This document shows positions 11,888 through 25,804 of a stretch of 64,000 bases of DNA, in pieces (the first letter of the stretch is position 1; every line of letters begins with the position of its first letter). This stretch comes from the human T2T-CHM13v2.0 reference genome, Homo sapiens. A program made the position numbers and the translations under genes. The notes below the pieces were generated by a model, which was given only the letters and a program-made list of their open reading frames with translations, had not been told where the DNA came from and did not search any database. The stretch lies in assembly GCF_009914755.1 (NCBI RefSeq), contig NC_060933.1. One strand, written 5' to 3'.

Positions 11888-13020
11888 GAGAGGCAGGCTT
11901 CCCCCTGGGCCAGGCTGCTGTCCCTTGAACGGTGGTGAACAAATCTCTAACGACAATCTTAATAACAATAAATAATGAATAATAATAATAAAACAGTAGT
12001 TAACAGTCACTGCATAACAGAATAACAATAAAATGCAAGAGGAAATATTTTGAGGTGGAGACAGAAGGAGTCAGGATCACAGCATCTGAGGGGGAGATAG
12101 GAAAGGAAGGGAGGAAGAAAGCTTCTTAATATGCTCTTGGTGGGGCTGGGGTTGGGAACCCCTTTCCCAGACAAGGGATGGAAGAGGAGAAGGAGAGCCA
12201 GGAGGCCACTCTTTATTGCTTTTTTTCTCAGGCTTCTGCTTTGTGTGATCAGGGAAGGGATCCCACATATGGGAATGGTTAATGGATTTTGGGACTCTCT
12301 AGGAGCCCCTGTTTTAAGAAGGAGGCCAAATGTGCAGGCTCAGGCCAAGCAGCAGAGATGAATGAGGTGATGACCACAGCCTTGATCCGGCAGGAGCTCA
12401 GAGATGCCCGGGAAGACGGGGGGCCCGAATGGAAGCAGAAAAACACTTATGGCCGCTGGGAAGTTGGGAGAGCCAGGCTGGGGCTCCGGCAGGCCCAGGG
12501 AAAGTTCCCTTTCTAGGCTCTTTATTAAAAAATTTAAAAGGAGGAGTTGAGGCGCCTTGAATTTTCCTTCGCGAGTTTGGAGACCAGCCGATTTTTCATG
12601 AAGCAAGCAAGGGCCGCGGTCCCGGATCCTGCAACATATACCTCATTTTCTCCAGGTACAGTTTTCTGGTCATTTAATTCGTTTGTTTTCTTGGGGGAGA
12701 TGGGAATCACAGGCGTAGAGATAGTAAGTTTGCTAGAGAGGAAGCCACCCCACAGTTTCGGGTCTAACGAAATCCCTCCTTTAAAAACATTTGTACCCCC
12801 AATAAAAATAAAATTAAAGAGGAATATAGAAACACAAATTAGCCAACTTTTTTAAAAGAGAAAAAAGAAAAGAAAATCATCGTAACAGATGAGCGTGAGA
12901 ACTTCTAAAAAATTTGTCACGAACCCTTTCAGAGGTCTGGATTCTTTTTCAGTAGCCGGTGACCCATTTGGTCTGAAAAGAGAAATACACTATCCACTGA
13001 GTCACTTATTTAAAGCCAGC

Positions 13021-13044
13021 ACACACACACACACACACACACAC
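13021..13044. repeat. (AC)n microsatellite
   Basis: Directly visible. Confidence 0.9.
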
Positions 13045-13149
13045 GCATTCAGAAAGCCCTGGGTGCCCTCGCATTTGAAAACAACACCGGGTGGAGGACG
13101 CTGCGATACCTAATTGGACAAAACAGCAATAAAATAAGACCAGTGGAAG

Positions 13150-13480
13150 TGCTGAGCACAGGGCGCAGGGCTAGGGCCCAGGTTTTGTGTTCCAGGCTGC
13201 CGGCGAGGCAGCGGCCCCGGGAGATGGGGCGCCGGGCGGTCAGGCACCGGCTGGCGACTCTGCTCGGCCTCCGCAGCCCGGCCTGCAGCCCCTTTCCCCC
13301 AGCCTCTGGGCCTCGTGGGCTCTCTCCGCTCCGACGCCTGTTCGGGGCTTCCCTGTTGAGAGGGTTTTAGGCCGAAGGGCCGAACGACTCAAGCCAGACT
13401 CTGCTTTTTCATTTTTCTCCCTTAGGCCTCTCCACTTGCCCGAGCTCTCAGCCACCAGGAGACAGACGGAAGGGGCTTCT
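13150..13480. promoter_or_regulatory. CpG-rich patch
   Basis: Locally high GC and CpG content in non-repetitive sequence. Confidence 0.45.
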
Positions 13481-15311
13481 GGGCTGTGTTGGGAGCGGGC
13501 ATTGTCCCCTACCCACTCCTGCACAGTTTCCCAAAGTCCAGCGACCTCCGACCCTCCTTGGGGAAAAAAATACCAGTACCCAGACACCTCTGCACCCTGT
13601 TATATGACTGGGCTTGCTTCAGGAATATCTTACAAAGAAGAAGAAGGAGGAGGAACGGCTTGGAGTCATGTTTACATCTAGTTCTACTGATCCGTTCACA
13701 TCTGGAGAGTTTATTTATAACTCCCTCTATAACTCTCTGTTTGGAGGCACTGGTGGCTCTACTGACAGACTGATGTCTAGGAAATATTGCTCTATGTCTA
13801 ATGGTACCTAAATGTGCTGTGGTTGTATTTACAGATTTACGTTTGAGGGAAATATAATTATTTCCATTGTATTTGTGCATATACAGTAGTTATAGGAGCA
13901 GATTTATATATGGGAAAATATGCGACTCCCTTACAGCCATCCGGCTTTATGTACATTTGATATCCTGACAGATTTATATCTCTGAAGAGCTATATAGATT
14001 AAAACGTATATTGTTAGAATTATGTATCAGGAGATATATACTTATTGATTGCGAAATAGAGTAGTTAGAGCATTCACTTAGAGCCATATATGGCTATGGA
14101 GATATTTCTATATTATTATCACTATATATAGGCATATCTATTTATAACTGCATAGTTATAAAAATAGACATAAGTAATTATAGTCCTATATGTGCATGCT
14201 GCAATCTCTCTCTAGAGTTATAGACACTTTCAAATATAACTCTATAGAGAGATCTGTATGTATATAAGGTGTAATTATCTAGTGATGTGTTTACGTTGGG
14301 ACTTAGGCCCGTCTCTCTAGAACAGACACATTTATATGTAGGGGCTGGGAGAGACTTATTCACAGATATCTGCAGAGGGCCAACTGGAAACACTGTATCT
14401 ACCCTCTAGGAAACCAGCTAGAAGAGTTGTGTACTTATGGAGGGATGGAGTTACAAAAGGGTAAATAGAGCTCAGGGAGCCTTAAGGAGGGGAGGTGAAT
14501 GGAGGGTGGGTGGGCTCGGTTTGAACAGATAGTGGGAGGAAAGGGGTAAACACCAGCACCCACCAGAAGGCGAGAACCAGTTTTGTGAGGGGCTGGTGCA
14601 GATGACTGTGGACAAGGAGCTTGTAAAATGAGAAGCGGCTAACAGTCCTGCCACCTCACCCTGAGACACTCTCCACCGAGGAAGCAGACTTCAGTTTGGC
14701 TTTTAGTGCACTGTAGGATAGGGACTGTCGTGTCACTCCTGTAGTCCTAGAGCGTTTCTCTTGAACCCTAATTTTTAGGTCTCAAAGAGTGGGCTTCAGA
14801 GATAAAGAGGTTTAGGCAGGGACAGGGCGAGGAGCGTGGGGTGTACTTTCGCTTTCCAACAAGTAAGGTAATCCAGGAAAGTGAGTTAATTTGGCCAAAT
14901 AAAGCTTGTTTTTATGTGGGCCTCCTGTGCCCTGGTGGGGATGTAGGATGGGACCAGAATCTGGTGGACTGAGGAGTGAATTTCCAAGTATTGGGCCTGC
15001 TCTGATGGGGGCTTGGGGAGGTTGTCCTCACCACCCGCCCTCCTTCTCTGAGGCCTGAGTGGCCTAATTCCCTCTGGGTACAGAGGGACTCCTTCAGCTC
15101 CCTAACAGTGCTGCCCTGGGTCTTTTCAGGGAGAATTTGACTTTAGGAACAGGGAACATGGACTTACCCCACTAGATCTCACTTCTCCTACTCACAGCTA
15201 CACCACTCTTACGTCAGCCTCCTTCCAGGCGCCACTCGGCGAGGGGTCCACAGTTCTTCCCCTGCTACCAACCAGCCCAGTGGGGAAATACCTCCCACGA
15301 CTGCCAGTTTT

Positions 15312-15317
<6 letters not shown>

Positions 15318-15347
<30 letters not shown>
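15318..15347. repeat. (TG)n microsatellite
   Basis: Directly visible. Confidence 0.9.
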
Positions 15348-15351
<4 letters not shown>

Positions 15352-16197
15352 AACCAGGAAGTTACAGATAACTTCATTAACTGCGTGAAGGAATTGTCCT
15401 GAACTCAGTCTCTGTGGCCAACCTAGCCTCCAGGATCTCTAGGATGCTAGGAAGGGAGTGGAGACCCTTGGACCAGGCTAACCACCATGTGCCATCCTCC
15501 ACACACCCCTGCCCACAGGACTAGGAATTCCTGCAGTGCAGGGACTCTGTCTGCTGCCTGGCACAGAATGGTTGCCCAAACATACTTCTTGAGGTAAACG
15601 GAATGGCAGTCAATACAAAAACTCACCCTCACTCTGCACACCACCATAGCCACTGCTGGCTAGCAGGCACCCTAGCCAGGCTAGGAGATAACATGGTGGC
15701 TGGCAGCAGCTTGGGCTTTGACCGGACCAGTGGTTAGTAGCGTGGGAGAGCATCCTGAGTCTAGGATGGGGCAGGGACTGGAGCAAGGCACCTGGAATCC
15801 AGAAATTTGGGGGTAAGCCAAGGCAGACCCACCGCCCCAGTGCACTTCTGCTTTCTATCTCCAGTCTCATGGCTCCCTGGACCCCCAAAAGTTATGAAAA
15901 CTAAACCAGAGCTGAGAACTGGGCTAGGATGGAATTGCCTGTCAACCCGAGGGATGCAAAGAGGAACCACCGTTGGGTCCATTAAGAAATCCACAAATAA
16001 AATAAAAATAAATCAGTGTGACACAGACAACCTGGCTGAAGGAAAGGTTTCTCTCTACGCCTCAGCCCTGCTCCAGGGCTACCAAACAGATCAGGCTTAA
16101 TATTTAAAATGTTTAATAGTTAAAATTTTTTAACAATTTAACTTTAAAAAGGTCACACATTTTCTGATCCAGCAATGCCCCAATCAGATTGTTTCAT

Positions 16198-16203
16198 TTT
16201 ATT
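16198..16203 (-). terminator. Candidate polyadenylation signal (AATAAA) for the minus-strand FAM27E3-type transcript
   Basis: TTTATT on plus strand, about 950 nt downstream of the ORF stop at 17153 and outside the satellite. Confidence 0.45.
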
Positions 16204-17152
16204 ATTATTATCAACACTGTCCCCTTTTTGGCACCTGTAAAATAGTTCCTTTCGGGAGTTTGGAGCCAGGCCAGGCACCGTCGGTGCATGGGATGAGATG
16301 GGCAGGTTTGGAGCTCCTCTGTCTAGTGAGGATCACGGTCTGCAGAGAAGGGTTGGCCTCCCCGTCTCCTATCAAGGCTTAAAGCAAGGAGAACCATCCC
16401 AAATTTGGTTCCTTTTCCCCTAAGTATCCTTAGAGGCAATCCACCCTGTGACTAGGTGACTAGGTGAAGGACTGAGGTCCAGAAAGGAGCTATCTTAAAC
16501 CTGGAATCCCATTTCCTAGTCTGCAGCCTTAAGCAGTTACCCTCTCAGACAACTAGCCCTCTCCTTCCTCCGCATGAAAACCCATGGCTTACAGGGATGG
16601 TTGTTGCTTTCCCTAAAGAAATTCAGGAAGGGAGATGTGAGGGTCAGTTCTCAGCGGTGGCGTTCTTTAAAGGGGACGCAGCCTGACTGCCAGGAGGGGA
16701 GAAAGAGTCGGCCCAGCCAATGCGCATGCGCGAAGCACAAGCGGTTTCTCCCGTCACAGTGGTTCCCACGGTTGTCTTAGAAACCAGTCCCCGAGGCTTG
16801 GCAAAGGGGGAGACTTCCGTGGCAGTGCTTGGGTGTCAAGGCTCTGAGGCTCCGGCCTGACGGCTCCACTGGGTCGAGGGGAAAGTCTCCGGATGCCAAG
16901 AGTCACAAAGGGCCGAACAGGGTGAGGAAACCCGACGCAGAGTCCGGAGAAGGCAGCATGGAATCCCTCCCTCAGGCCTCTCTGGACGGTGTTGGTGGGG
17001 GTGAGTCTCCCCAAAAGTCGTGACGCGGTGATCTCGAGGACAGGACGGCCTGCGTGCCCCTGGGGTGCTCTCTCACCGAAGGGTCGTTCTCGTCGAAAGC
17101 AGAACCCCACAGCCTCAGGGGTTGCCTGGGTGTGTGTCTTTCAATGCCTTTG

Positions 17153-17494
17153 CTATAAGACTCTGTGTGTGTGTCTGTGTGTGTATGTGTGTGTGTGTCT
17201 CCCATTCTCTCTTCTCTCTCTGTCTCTCAGTCTCTGTGTGTTTCTTTCCCTCTCTCTGTCGGTTTGTGTGTGTGTGCCCGTGTGCGTGTGTGTCCTTGGC
17301 CGAATGTGCCCTGTGCACCACAAAGCTGTTTCTCGCATGGCGGCCTGTCTTTGGTGAGCCTGTTTCTGCCTCTCTGCCTGGGTCATGAGACCGGTTGTCA
17401 ATCCTTTTCGCCGACGCGGTTCCGCTTTGGGTGTGTGAAGGCCTGGCCCACGTGAGGAGATTCTTCGGTCCCGGAGCAATTGAAATATCCCCAT
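17153..17494 (-). CDS. FAM27E3: FAM27E3-type putative 113-aa ORF (satellite-derived, probably a lncRNA)
   Basis: From the ATG at 17494: MGIFQLLRDRRISSRGPGLHTPKAEPRRRKG...HTHRVL, matching the recalled FAM27E3 protein. Translation in vivo is doubtful and paralog identity cannot be confirmed here. Confidence 0.65.
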   Translation of the reverse strand: MGIFQLLRDRRISSRGPGLHTPKAEPRRRKGLTTGLMTQAERQKQAHQRQAAMRETALWCTGHIRPRTHTHTGTHTQTDRERERNTQRLRDRERRENGRHTHTYTHRHTHRVL

Positions 17495-18243
17495 CCTGAG
17501 CGGTCTCTTTTCTAGGATCAAGATGAACACACTGCAGACGAGGACACGAGCCCCACAGGAGCTCTTTGTCCCGCCGGAGACCAGCGGACCCACGTCAGAG
17601 AAGATGCTTGTATCTTTTCACGGCTCTTCTCTGAGAAATGAAGCCACACCACAATACGGTCTGGAAGAGGAAGCCGGGAATGGGAGATGGCAACAGTCCC
17701 TGTCACTGGAATGCTGGCCTCTCTGGACAAGCCACCCTTTTGGAACCCCATCCCTTATGACCCTGGCAGTGGAACGGTGATATATCCCGCCTGGCCGCCG
17801 GCGTCTGCCCTGTCCTCCCTCCTGCTCTGCCTCACCTGTTTCTCAAGTGCCTCAATGCCTCTCGCTGACGCCCAATGTCTTCAACAAAGATGACTTCCCA
17901 GTCCGTCAGGGAGACATTTCTTCGAGATCCGTGTCGTGATTGTTTCTCTCTCCAAACCTGTTTCTGCTTGATTGGGCAGGTCGCATGACCTGGGAGCTCC
18001 TGGCTTCCATTCGTGTCTCAGGCAGGGAAGCTTCCTTCTTCTCCACGTTTCCCCTCATGGTGGGTGGATTGCCTAGAATGAGCGCTAGGCGACCATGACT
18101 GGCCTTGTCTTCCAGGAAAGGTAGTGTCGCATTTCCTCTGCACTTCCTGTCTCATTCATGAGGGACATCCTCTCCTCTGCTCCTGGGTGGACTGACTCCC
18201 TTGATCTTCTGGCTGAAACGAATGTAAGGGAACCAAAGGGACT

Positions 18244-18273
18244 GGGCTGGGGCTGGGGCTGGGGCTGGGGCTG
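18244..18273 (+). repeat. (GGGGCT)n tract, G-quadruplex-capable, within SST1 unit
   Basis: gggctggggctggggctggggctggggctg. The complementary tract is at 23810-23848. Confidence 0.75.
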
Positions 18274-20767
18274 TGGCTGGGCGCAGCCTAAGTTGCGTCA
18301 GGGCTACCAGGGCGGTGGAGGGTTGGGGGTGGGGCGAATTTTGCAGAAACCTCTTTGCTCCTCTGGTAGGCATGTGAAAACGTGGCTTGGGTCAGGCACA
18401 GGACCCCCACCCCCCGGGTCCTAGGTGTTCTTCGATTTTCCCTGGCATTGATGGAAAGGTCAACTGTTTCCCCATTCAACCGGCACATGCCTGGACACCA
18501 CCCTTTGTTTCGCCATCGCCCCGTATGCCTCCGGTGACACACATTAACACCAACTGCTGTGGGATAGGCCAGTGCCACGCGTGGTCACATGGTCTCCACC
18601 TCGGATTCGCCCCTGTTCCTCTATGCAGGTGTCCTGTAAAGCGCGGTGGGCTTTCCGGAACCCCAGGGCTTTTAGAAGCGGGGCAGGCCACTGCTCTTTC
18701 AAAGGAGGAGGGAGGCAGAGGGCTGATGGATAAGTGAATTTGCAGCTGACACTAGGCCTTGAGACCTATGGGATCATTCTGCACTGCAGCGAGGCCCTGC
18801 CTGCCTCACCAGATGTGGTGAGCCCATCCTATTTCACTCGAAGGGGGCCAAAATTGGATCTGAACAGGAGGACGGAGAACACAGCAGGCGTCCTGAAGCT
18901 CCCCCTCCCTCAGTGGAAGTCGGCTCAAGCAGGTCCTGAGGTGAGGACTCCTCGGGGTTTGGCCCTGGGACAGGAGAAGACACCCACGGCCCCCTCTCCC
19001 ACGCCGCCCCAAACTGGACCCCGGATCTAGCCGCCGCCGCGGGGCTAGCAGGAGCCTCGCTGCTGCCACGCTCAGATGTGGCAGTATTTAAAGGGGACCC
19101 AGCCTGACTGCCAGGAGCGGAGCGCGAGTCGGCTCAGCCAATGCACATGCGCGAGGCGGGAGCGGCTTCTCCAGTCACAGTGGTTCCCACGGTTGTCTTA
19201 GAAACCAGTCACCGAGGCTTGGCGAAGAAGGAGCCCTCCGCGGCAGTACTTGGGTTTCGGGGCTCTGAGGCTCCGGCCTAACCTCTTCTTGGGGTCAACG
19301 GGAATGTCCCCAGATGCCAGGAGTCGCAAAAGGCCAACTACCATGAGGAAAGCCCAGCGGAGACGGGGGAAGCAGCACGGGATCCCAGCCTCAGGCCTGA
19401 CCGGACGGTGTTGGTTGGGGTGAGTCTCCCCAAAAGTCATGCCTCCGTCAGTGATCTCTAGGACAGGTCAGCCTGCATGCCCCTGGGCTGCTCTCTCACC
19501 CGAGGGTCCTTCTCGTAGAGAGCAGAACATCACAGCCTCAGGGATTGCTTGGGGGTGTGTTTTTCAATGCCCTCCTCCTTAGAAAGAGCAGTGGCCTGCC
19601 CTGCTTCTAAAAGCCCTGGGGCTCCGGAAAGCCGACAGTGCTTTACAGGACACCTGCAAAGAGGAACAGGGGCAAATCCGAGGCGGAGACCATATGACTA
19701 CGCGTGGCACTGGCCTATCCCACAGCAGTTGGTGTTAATGCGTGTCACTGGAGGCATACGGGGAGACGGCGAAACAAAGGGTGGTGTCCAGGAACATGCC
19801 GGTGGAAGGGGGAAACGGGTGACCTTTCCATCAATACCAAGGAAAATCGAAAAACACGTGGGACACGCGGGGTGTGGGGAGGGGGGGCCTGTGCCGGACC
19901 CAAGCTACGTTTTCAAATGCCTACCAGAGGAGCATAGAGGTTTCTGCAAAATTCGCCCCACCCCAAACCGTCCAAGGCCCTGGCAGCCCTGACACAACTT
20001 TGGCTGCACCGAGCCCCAGGACCAGCCCCCAACCCTAGACCAGTCCCTTGGGTTCCCTGACATTCTTTTCTGCCAGATGATCAAGGGCTTCAGTTCACCC
20101 AGGAGCAGAGGAGAGGATGTCCCTCAAGAATGAGACAGGAAGTGCAGAGGAAATGCGACACCACCTGTCCTGGAAGTCAAGGCCAGTCACGTTCGCCTAG
20201 CGCTCATTCTAGGCAATCCAACCACCCATGAGGGGAAACGTGGAGAAGAAGGAAGCTTCCCTGCCTGAGACACCTAAGGAAGCCAAGAGTTCCCGGGTCA
20301 TGAGACCAGCCCAATCAAGCAGAAACAGGTTTGGAGAGAGAAACAATCACGACACGGATCTCGAAGAAATGTCTCCCTGACGGACTGGGAAGCCATCTTT
20401 GTTGAAGGCATTTGGCCAGAGCTAGAGGCATCCAGGCCCCTGAGAAACAGGGGAGGCAGAGCAAGACGGAGGACAGAGCAGAGGCCGGAGCCCAGGCAGG
20501 ATACAGCACCGTGCCACCGCCAAGGGCATAAGGGGTGGGGTTCCAAAAGGGTGGCTTGTCCAGGGAGGCCAGCGTTCTAGGGACAGGGATTGTTGCCATC
20601 TCTCATTCCCGGTTTCCTCTTGCTGACTGTATCGTGGTGTGGCTTCATTTCTCAGAGAAGAGCCGTGAAAAGACTCAAGCATCTTCTCTGACGTGGGTCC
20701 GCTGCTCTCCTGTAGGACAAAGAGCTCCTGTGGGATTCTTCTCCTCGTCTGCAGTGTGTTCGTTTTG

Positions 20768-21129
20768 ATGCTAGAAAAGAGGCCGCTCAGGATGGGGATG
20801 AGACTTCAATTGCTCCGACGCATCTCCTCACGTGGGCCAGGCCTTCACAGAGCCAAAGCGGATCCACAGCAGCAAAAACGATTGACAACCGGCCTCATGA
20901 CCCAGGCAGAGAGCAGAAAGAGGCTCAACAAAGACAGGCCGCCATGCGAAAAACCGCTTTGTGGCACACAGGGCACCTCCAGCCAAAAACACACACGCAC
21001 ACGGGCATGCACACACAAACCCACAGAGAGAGGGAAAGAAGCACACAGAGACTGAGAGAGGGAGAGAGAAGAGAGAATGGGAGACACACACATACACACA
21101 CACACAGAGTCATACAGCAGAGGAATTGA
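20768..21129 (+). pseudogene. Frameshifted FAM27D1/FAM27E-like ORF copy
   Basis: [48 protein letters not shown] in one frame continues as MRKTALWHTGHLQPKTHTH... in another frame. Confidence 0.6.
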
Positions 21130-22326
21130 AACACACACCACCAGGCAATCCCTGAGGCTGCGGAGTACTCCTCACGACAAGAACGACCCTCGGGTGAGAG
21201 AGCAGCCCAGGGTCACGCAGGCCGACCTGTCCTCGAGATCTCGGATGGCGGCACGACTTTTGGGGAGACCCACCCAACCAACACCATCCGGGCAGGCCTG
21301 AGGCTGGGATCCTGTGCTGCTTCCGCCGTACCCCCCTGGGGCTTCCTCATCCTGGTCGGCCCTTTGTGACTCCTGGAATCCGGAGACGTTCACGTCGACC
21401 CCGTGGAGAGGTCAGGCCGGAGCCTCACAGCCCCGACACCCAAGCACTGCCACGGAGGGCTCCTGCTTTGCCAAGCCTCGGGGACTGGTTTCTAAGACAA
21501 CCGAAGGAACCACTGTGAAGGGAGAAGCCACTAGAGCCTCGCGCATGCGCATTGGCTGGGACGACTCGCGCTCAGCTCCTGGCAGTCAGGCTACGTCCCC
21601 TTTAAATATCGCCACTGTCGCCTGGCGGCCGCGATGCTCCTGCTGCCGCCATGGCGGCAGCTGGATCCTGGGTCCTGTTTGGGGTGGCGTGGGAGAGGGG
21701 GCCGCAGGAGTCTCGTCCTTTCCCAGGCCCAAACCCCCAGGGGTCCTGTCCTCAGGACCTGCTTGAGCCCACTTCCACCGATGGAGGGATGGAGGGGGAG
21801 CTTCAGGACTCCTGCTGTGTTCTCCGGACTCCCGTTGAGATCCGATTTTGGCCCCCTCCGAGTGAGATAGGATGGGCTCACAAAAACTGGTGAGGCCGGC
21901 AGGGCCTCGCTGCAGCACAGAATGATCTCATAATTCTCAAGGCCTAGAGTCAGCTGAAAATTCACTGATCCATCAGCCCTCTGCCTCCCTCCTCCTTTGA
22001 AAGAGCAGTGGCCTGCCCCACTTCTAAAGGCCCTGGGGTTCCAGAAAGCCGACCACGCTTTACACCACACCTGCAAAGAGGAAAACAGGCGAATCCGAGG
22101 GGGAGACCATGTGACCACGCGTGGCACTGGCCAATCCCACAGCAGTTGGTGTGAATGCGTCTCACCGGAGGCATACGGGGCGACGGCGAAACAAAGGGTG
22201 GGGTCCAGGCATGTGCCAGTGGAAGGGGGAAACGGGTGACCTTTCCATCAATGCCAAGGAAAATCAAAGAACACCTGGGACCCGGGGGTGGGGGGCCGCC
22301 TGTGCCTGACCCAAGCCACGTTTTCA

Positions 22327-22911
<585 letters not shown>

Positions 22912-24450
22912 CTAAGACAACCGTGGGAACCACTGTGACGGGAGAAACCGCTCGCGCCTCGCGCATGCGCATTGGCTGAGCCGACTCGCGCTCCGCTCCT
23001 GACAGATAGGCTGCGTCCCCTTTAAATATCGCTGCCGCCGCGGCGGCGGCTGGATCCTGGGTCCTGTTTGGGGCGGCGTGGGAGAGGGGGCCGCGGGTGT
23101 CTCGTCCTGTCCCAGGCCCAAACCCCCAGGGGTCCTGTCCTCAGGATCTGCTTGAGCCGACTTCCACCGAGGGAGGGGGAGCTTCAGGACGCCTGCTGTG
23201 TTCTCCGGACTCCCGTTGAGATCCGATTCTGGCCCCCTCCCACTGAGATAGGATGGGCTCACCACATCTGGAGAGGCCGGCAGGGCCTCGCTGCAGCACA
23301 CAATGATCCCATAGGTCTCAAGGCCTAGCGTCAGCTGCAAATTCACTGATCCATCAGCCCTCTGCCTCCCACCTCCTTTGAAATATCAGTGGCTTGCCCC
23401 GCTTCTAAAAGCCCAGGGGCTCCGGAAAGCCGACCGCGCTTTACAGGACACGTGCCACCAGGAACAGGGGCGAATCCGAGGTGGAGACCGTGTGACCACG
23501 CGTGGCACTGGCCTACCCCACAGCAGATGGTGTGGATGTGTGTCGCCGGAGGCATACGGGGCGACGGCGAAACAAAGGGTGGTGTCCAGGCATGTGCTGG
23601 TGGAAGGGGGAAACGAGTGACCTTTCCATCAATGCCAAGGAAAGTCGAAGAACACCTGGGGCTCGGGGGGTGCGGGTCGAGATGGGGGGCTGTGCCTGAC
23701 CCAAGCCACGTTTTCACATGCCTACCAGAGGAGCAAAGAGGTTTTGGCAAAAATCGCCCCACCCCCAAGCCTCCATCGCCCTGGTAGCCCTGACGCAACT
23801 TCGGCTGCACCCAGCCCCAGCCCCATCCCCAGCCCCAGCCCCAGCCCAGTCCCTTTGGTTTCCTGACATTTGTTTCGTCCAGAAGATCAAGGGAGTCAGG
23901 CCACCCAGGAGCAGAGGAGAGGATGTCCCTCAAGAATGAGACAGGAAGTGCAAAGGAAATGGGACACCACCTGTCCTGGAAGTCAAGGCCAGTCACGGTC
24001 GCCTAGCGCTCATTCTAGGCAATCCACCCACCCATGAGGGGAAACGTGGGGAAGAAGGAAGCTTCCCTGCCTGAGACACGTATGGAAGCCAAGAGCTCTC
24101 GGCTCATGATACCTGCCCAATTAAGCAGAAACACGTTTGGAGAGAGAAACGATCATGACACGGATCTCCAGGAAGTGTCTCCCTGACGGACTGGGAAGTC
24201 ATCTTTTTTGAAGGCATTTGGCCAGAGCGAGAGGCATCCAGGCCCCTGAGAAACAGGGGAGGCAGAGCCAGAGGGAGGAGAGAGTAGAGGCCAGAGCCCA
24301 GGCAGGATACAGCACCGTGCCACCGCCACAGACATAAGGGGTGGGGTTCCTAAAGGGTGGCTTGTCCAGGGAGGCCAGCGTTCCAGTGACAGGGACTGTT
24401 GCCATCTCCCATTCCCGGCTTCCTCTTGCTGACTGTATCGTGGTGTGGCT

Positions 24451-25357
<907 letters not shown>

Positions 25358-25406
25358 CTAAGACAACCATGGGAACCACTGTGACGGGAGAAACCGCTCC
25401 CGCCTC

Positions 25407-25474
25407 GCGCATGCGCATTGGCTGAGCCGACTCGCGCTCCGCTCCTGGCAGTATGGCTGCGTCCCCTTTAAATA
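25407..25474. promoter_or_regulatory. SST1-unit promoter module: NRF1 palindrome, CCAAT box, TATA-like TTTAAATA
   Basis: GCGCATGCGC at 25407, ATTGG at 25417, TTTAAATA at 25467. The same 60-nt spacing occurs at 21541/21601 and 22961/23021. Mirror copies lie at 16666-16731 and 19087-19152 (NRF1 site mutated in the latter). Confidence 0.6.
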
Positions 25475-25804
25475 CCGCCACCGCCGCGCGGCGGCAGCGA
25501 GGTTCCTCCTGCCGCCACGGCGGCGGCTGGATCCGGGGTCCAGTTTGGGGCGGCGTGGGAGAGGGGGCCGCGGGTGTCTTGTCCTGTCCCAGGGCCAAAC
25601 CCCTAGGAGTCCTGTCCTCAGGACCTCCTTGAGCCGACTTCCACGGAGGGAGGTGGAGCTTCAAGATGCCTGCTGTGTTCTCCAGACTCCCGTTCAGATC
25701 CGATTTTGGACCCCTCCGAGTGAGATAGGATAGGCTCACCACATCTGGTGAGGCAGGCAGGGCCTTGCTGCAACACAGAATGATCCCGTAGGTCTCAAGG
25801 CCTA

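Noticed and set aside
11378-12028. 216-aa and 148-aa minus-strand ORFs
   Set aside because: Driven by microsatellite and low-complexity sequence with no family resemblance.
1-16640. Naming a donor gene for the left block
   Set aside because: No exon was recognised, so any gene name would be a guess.
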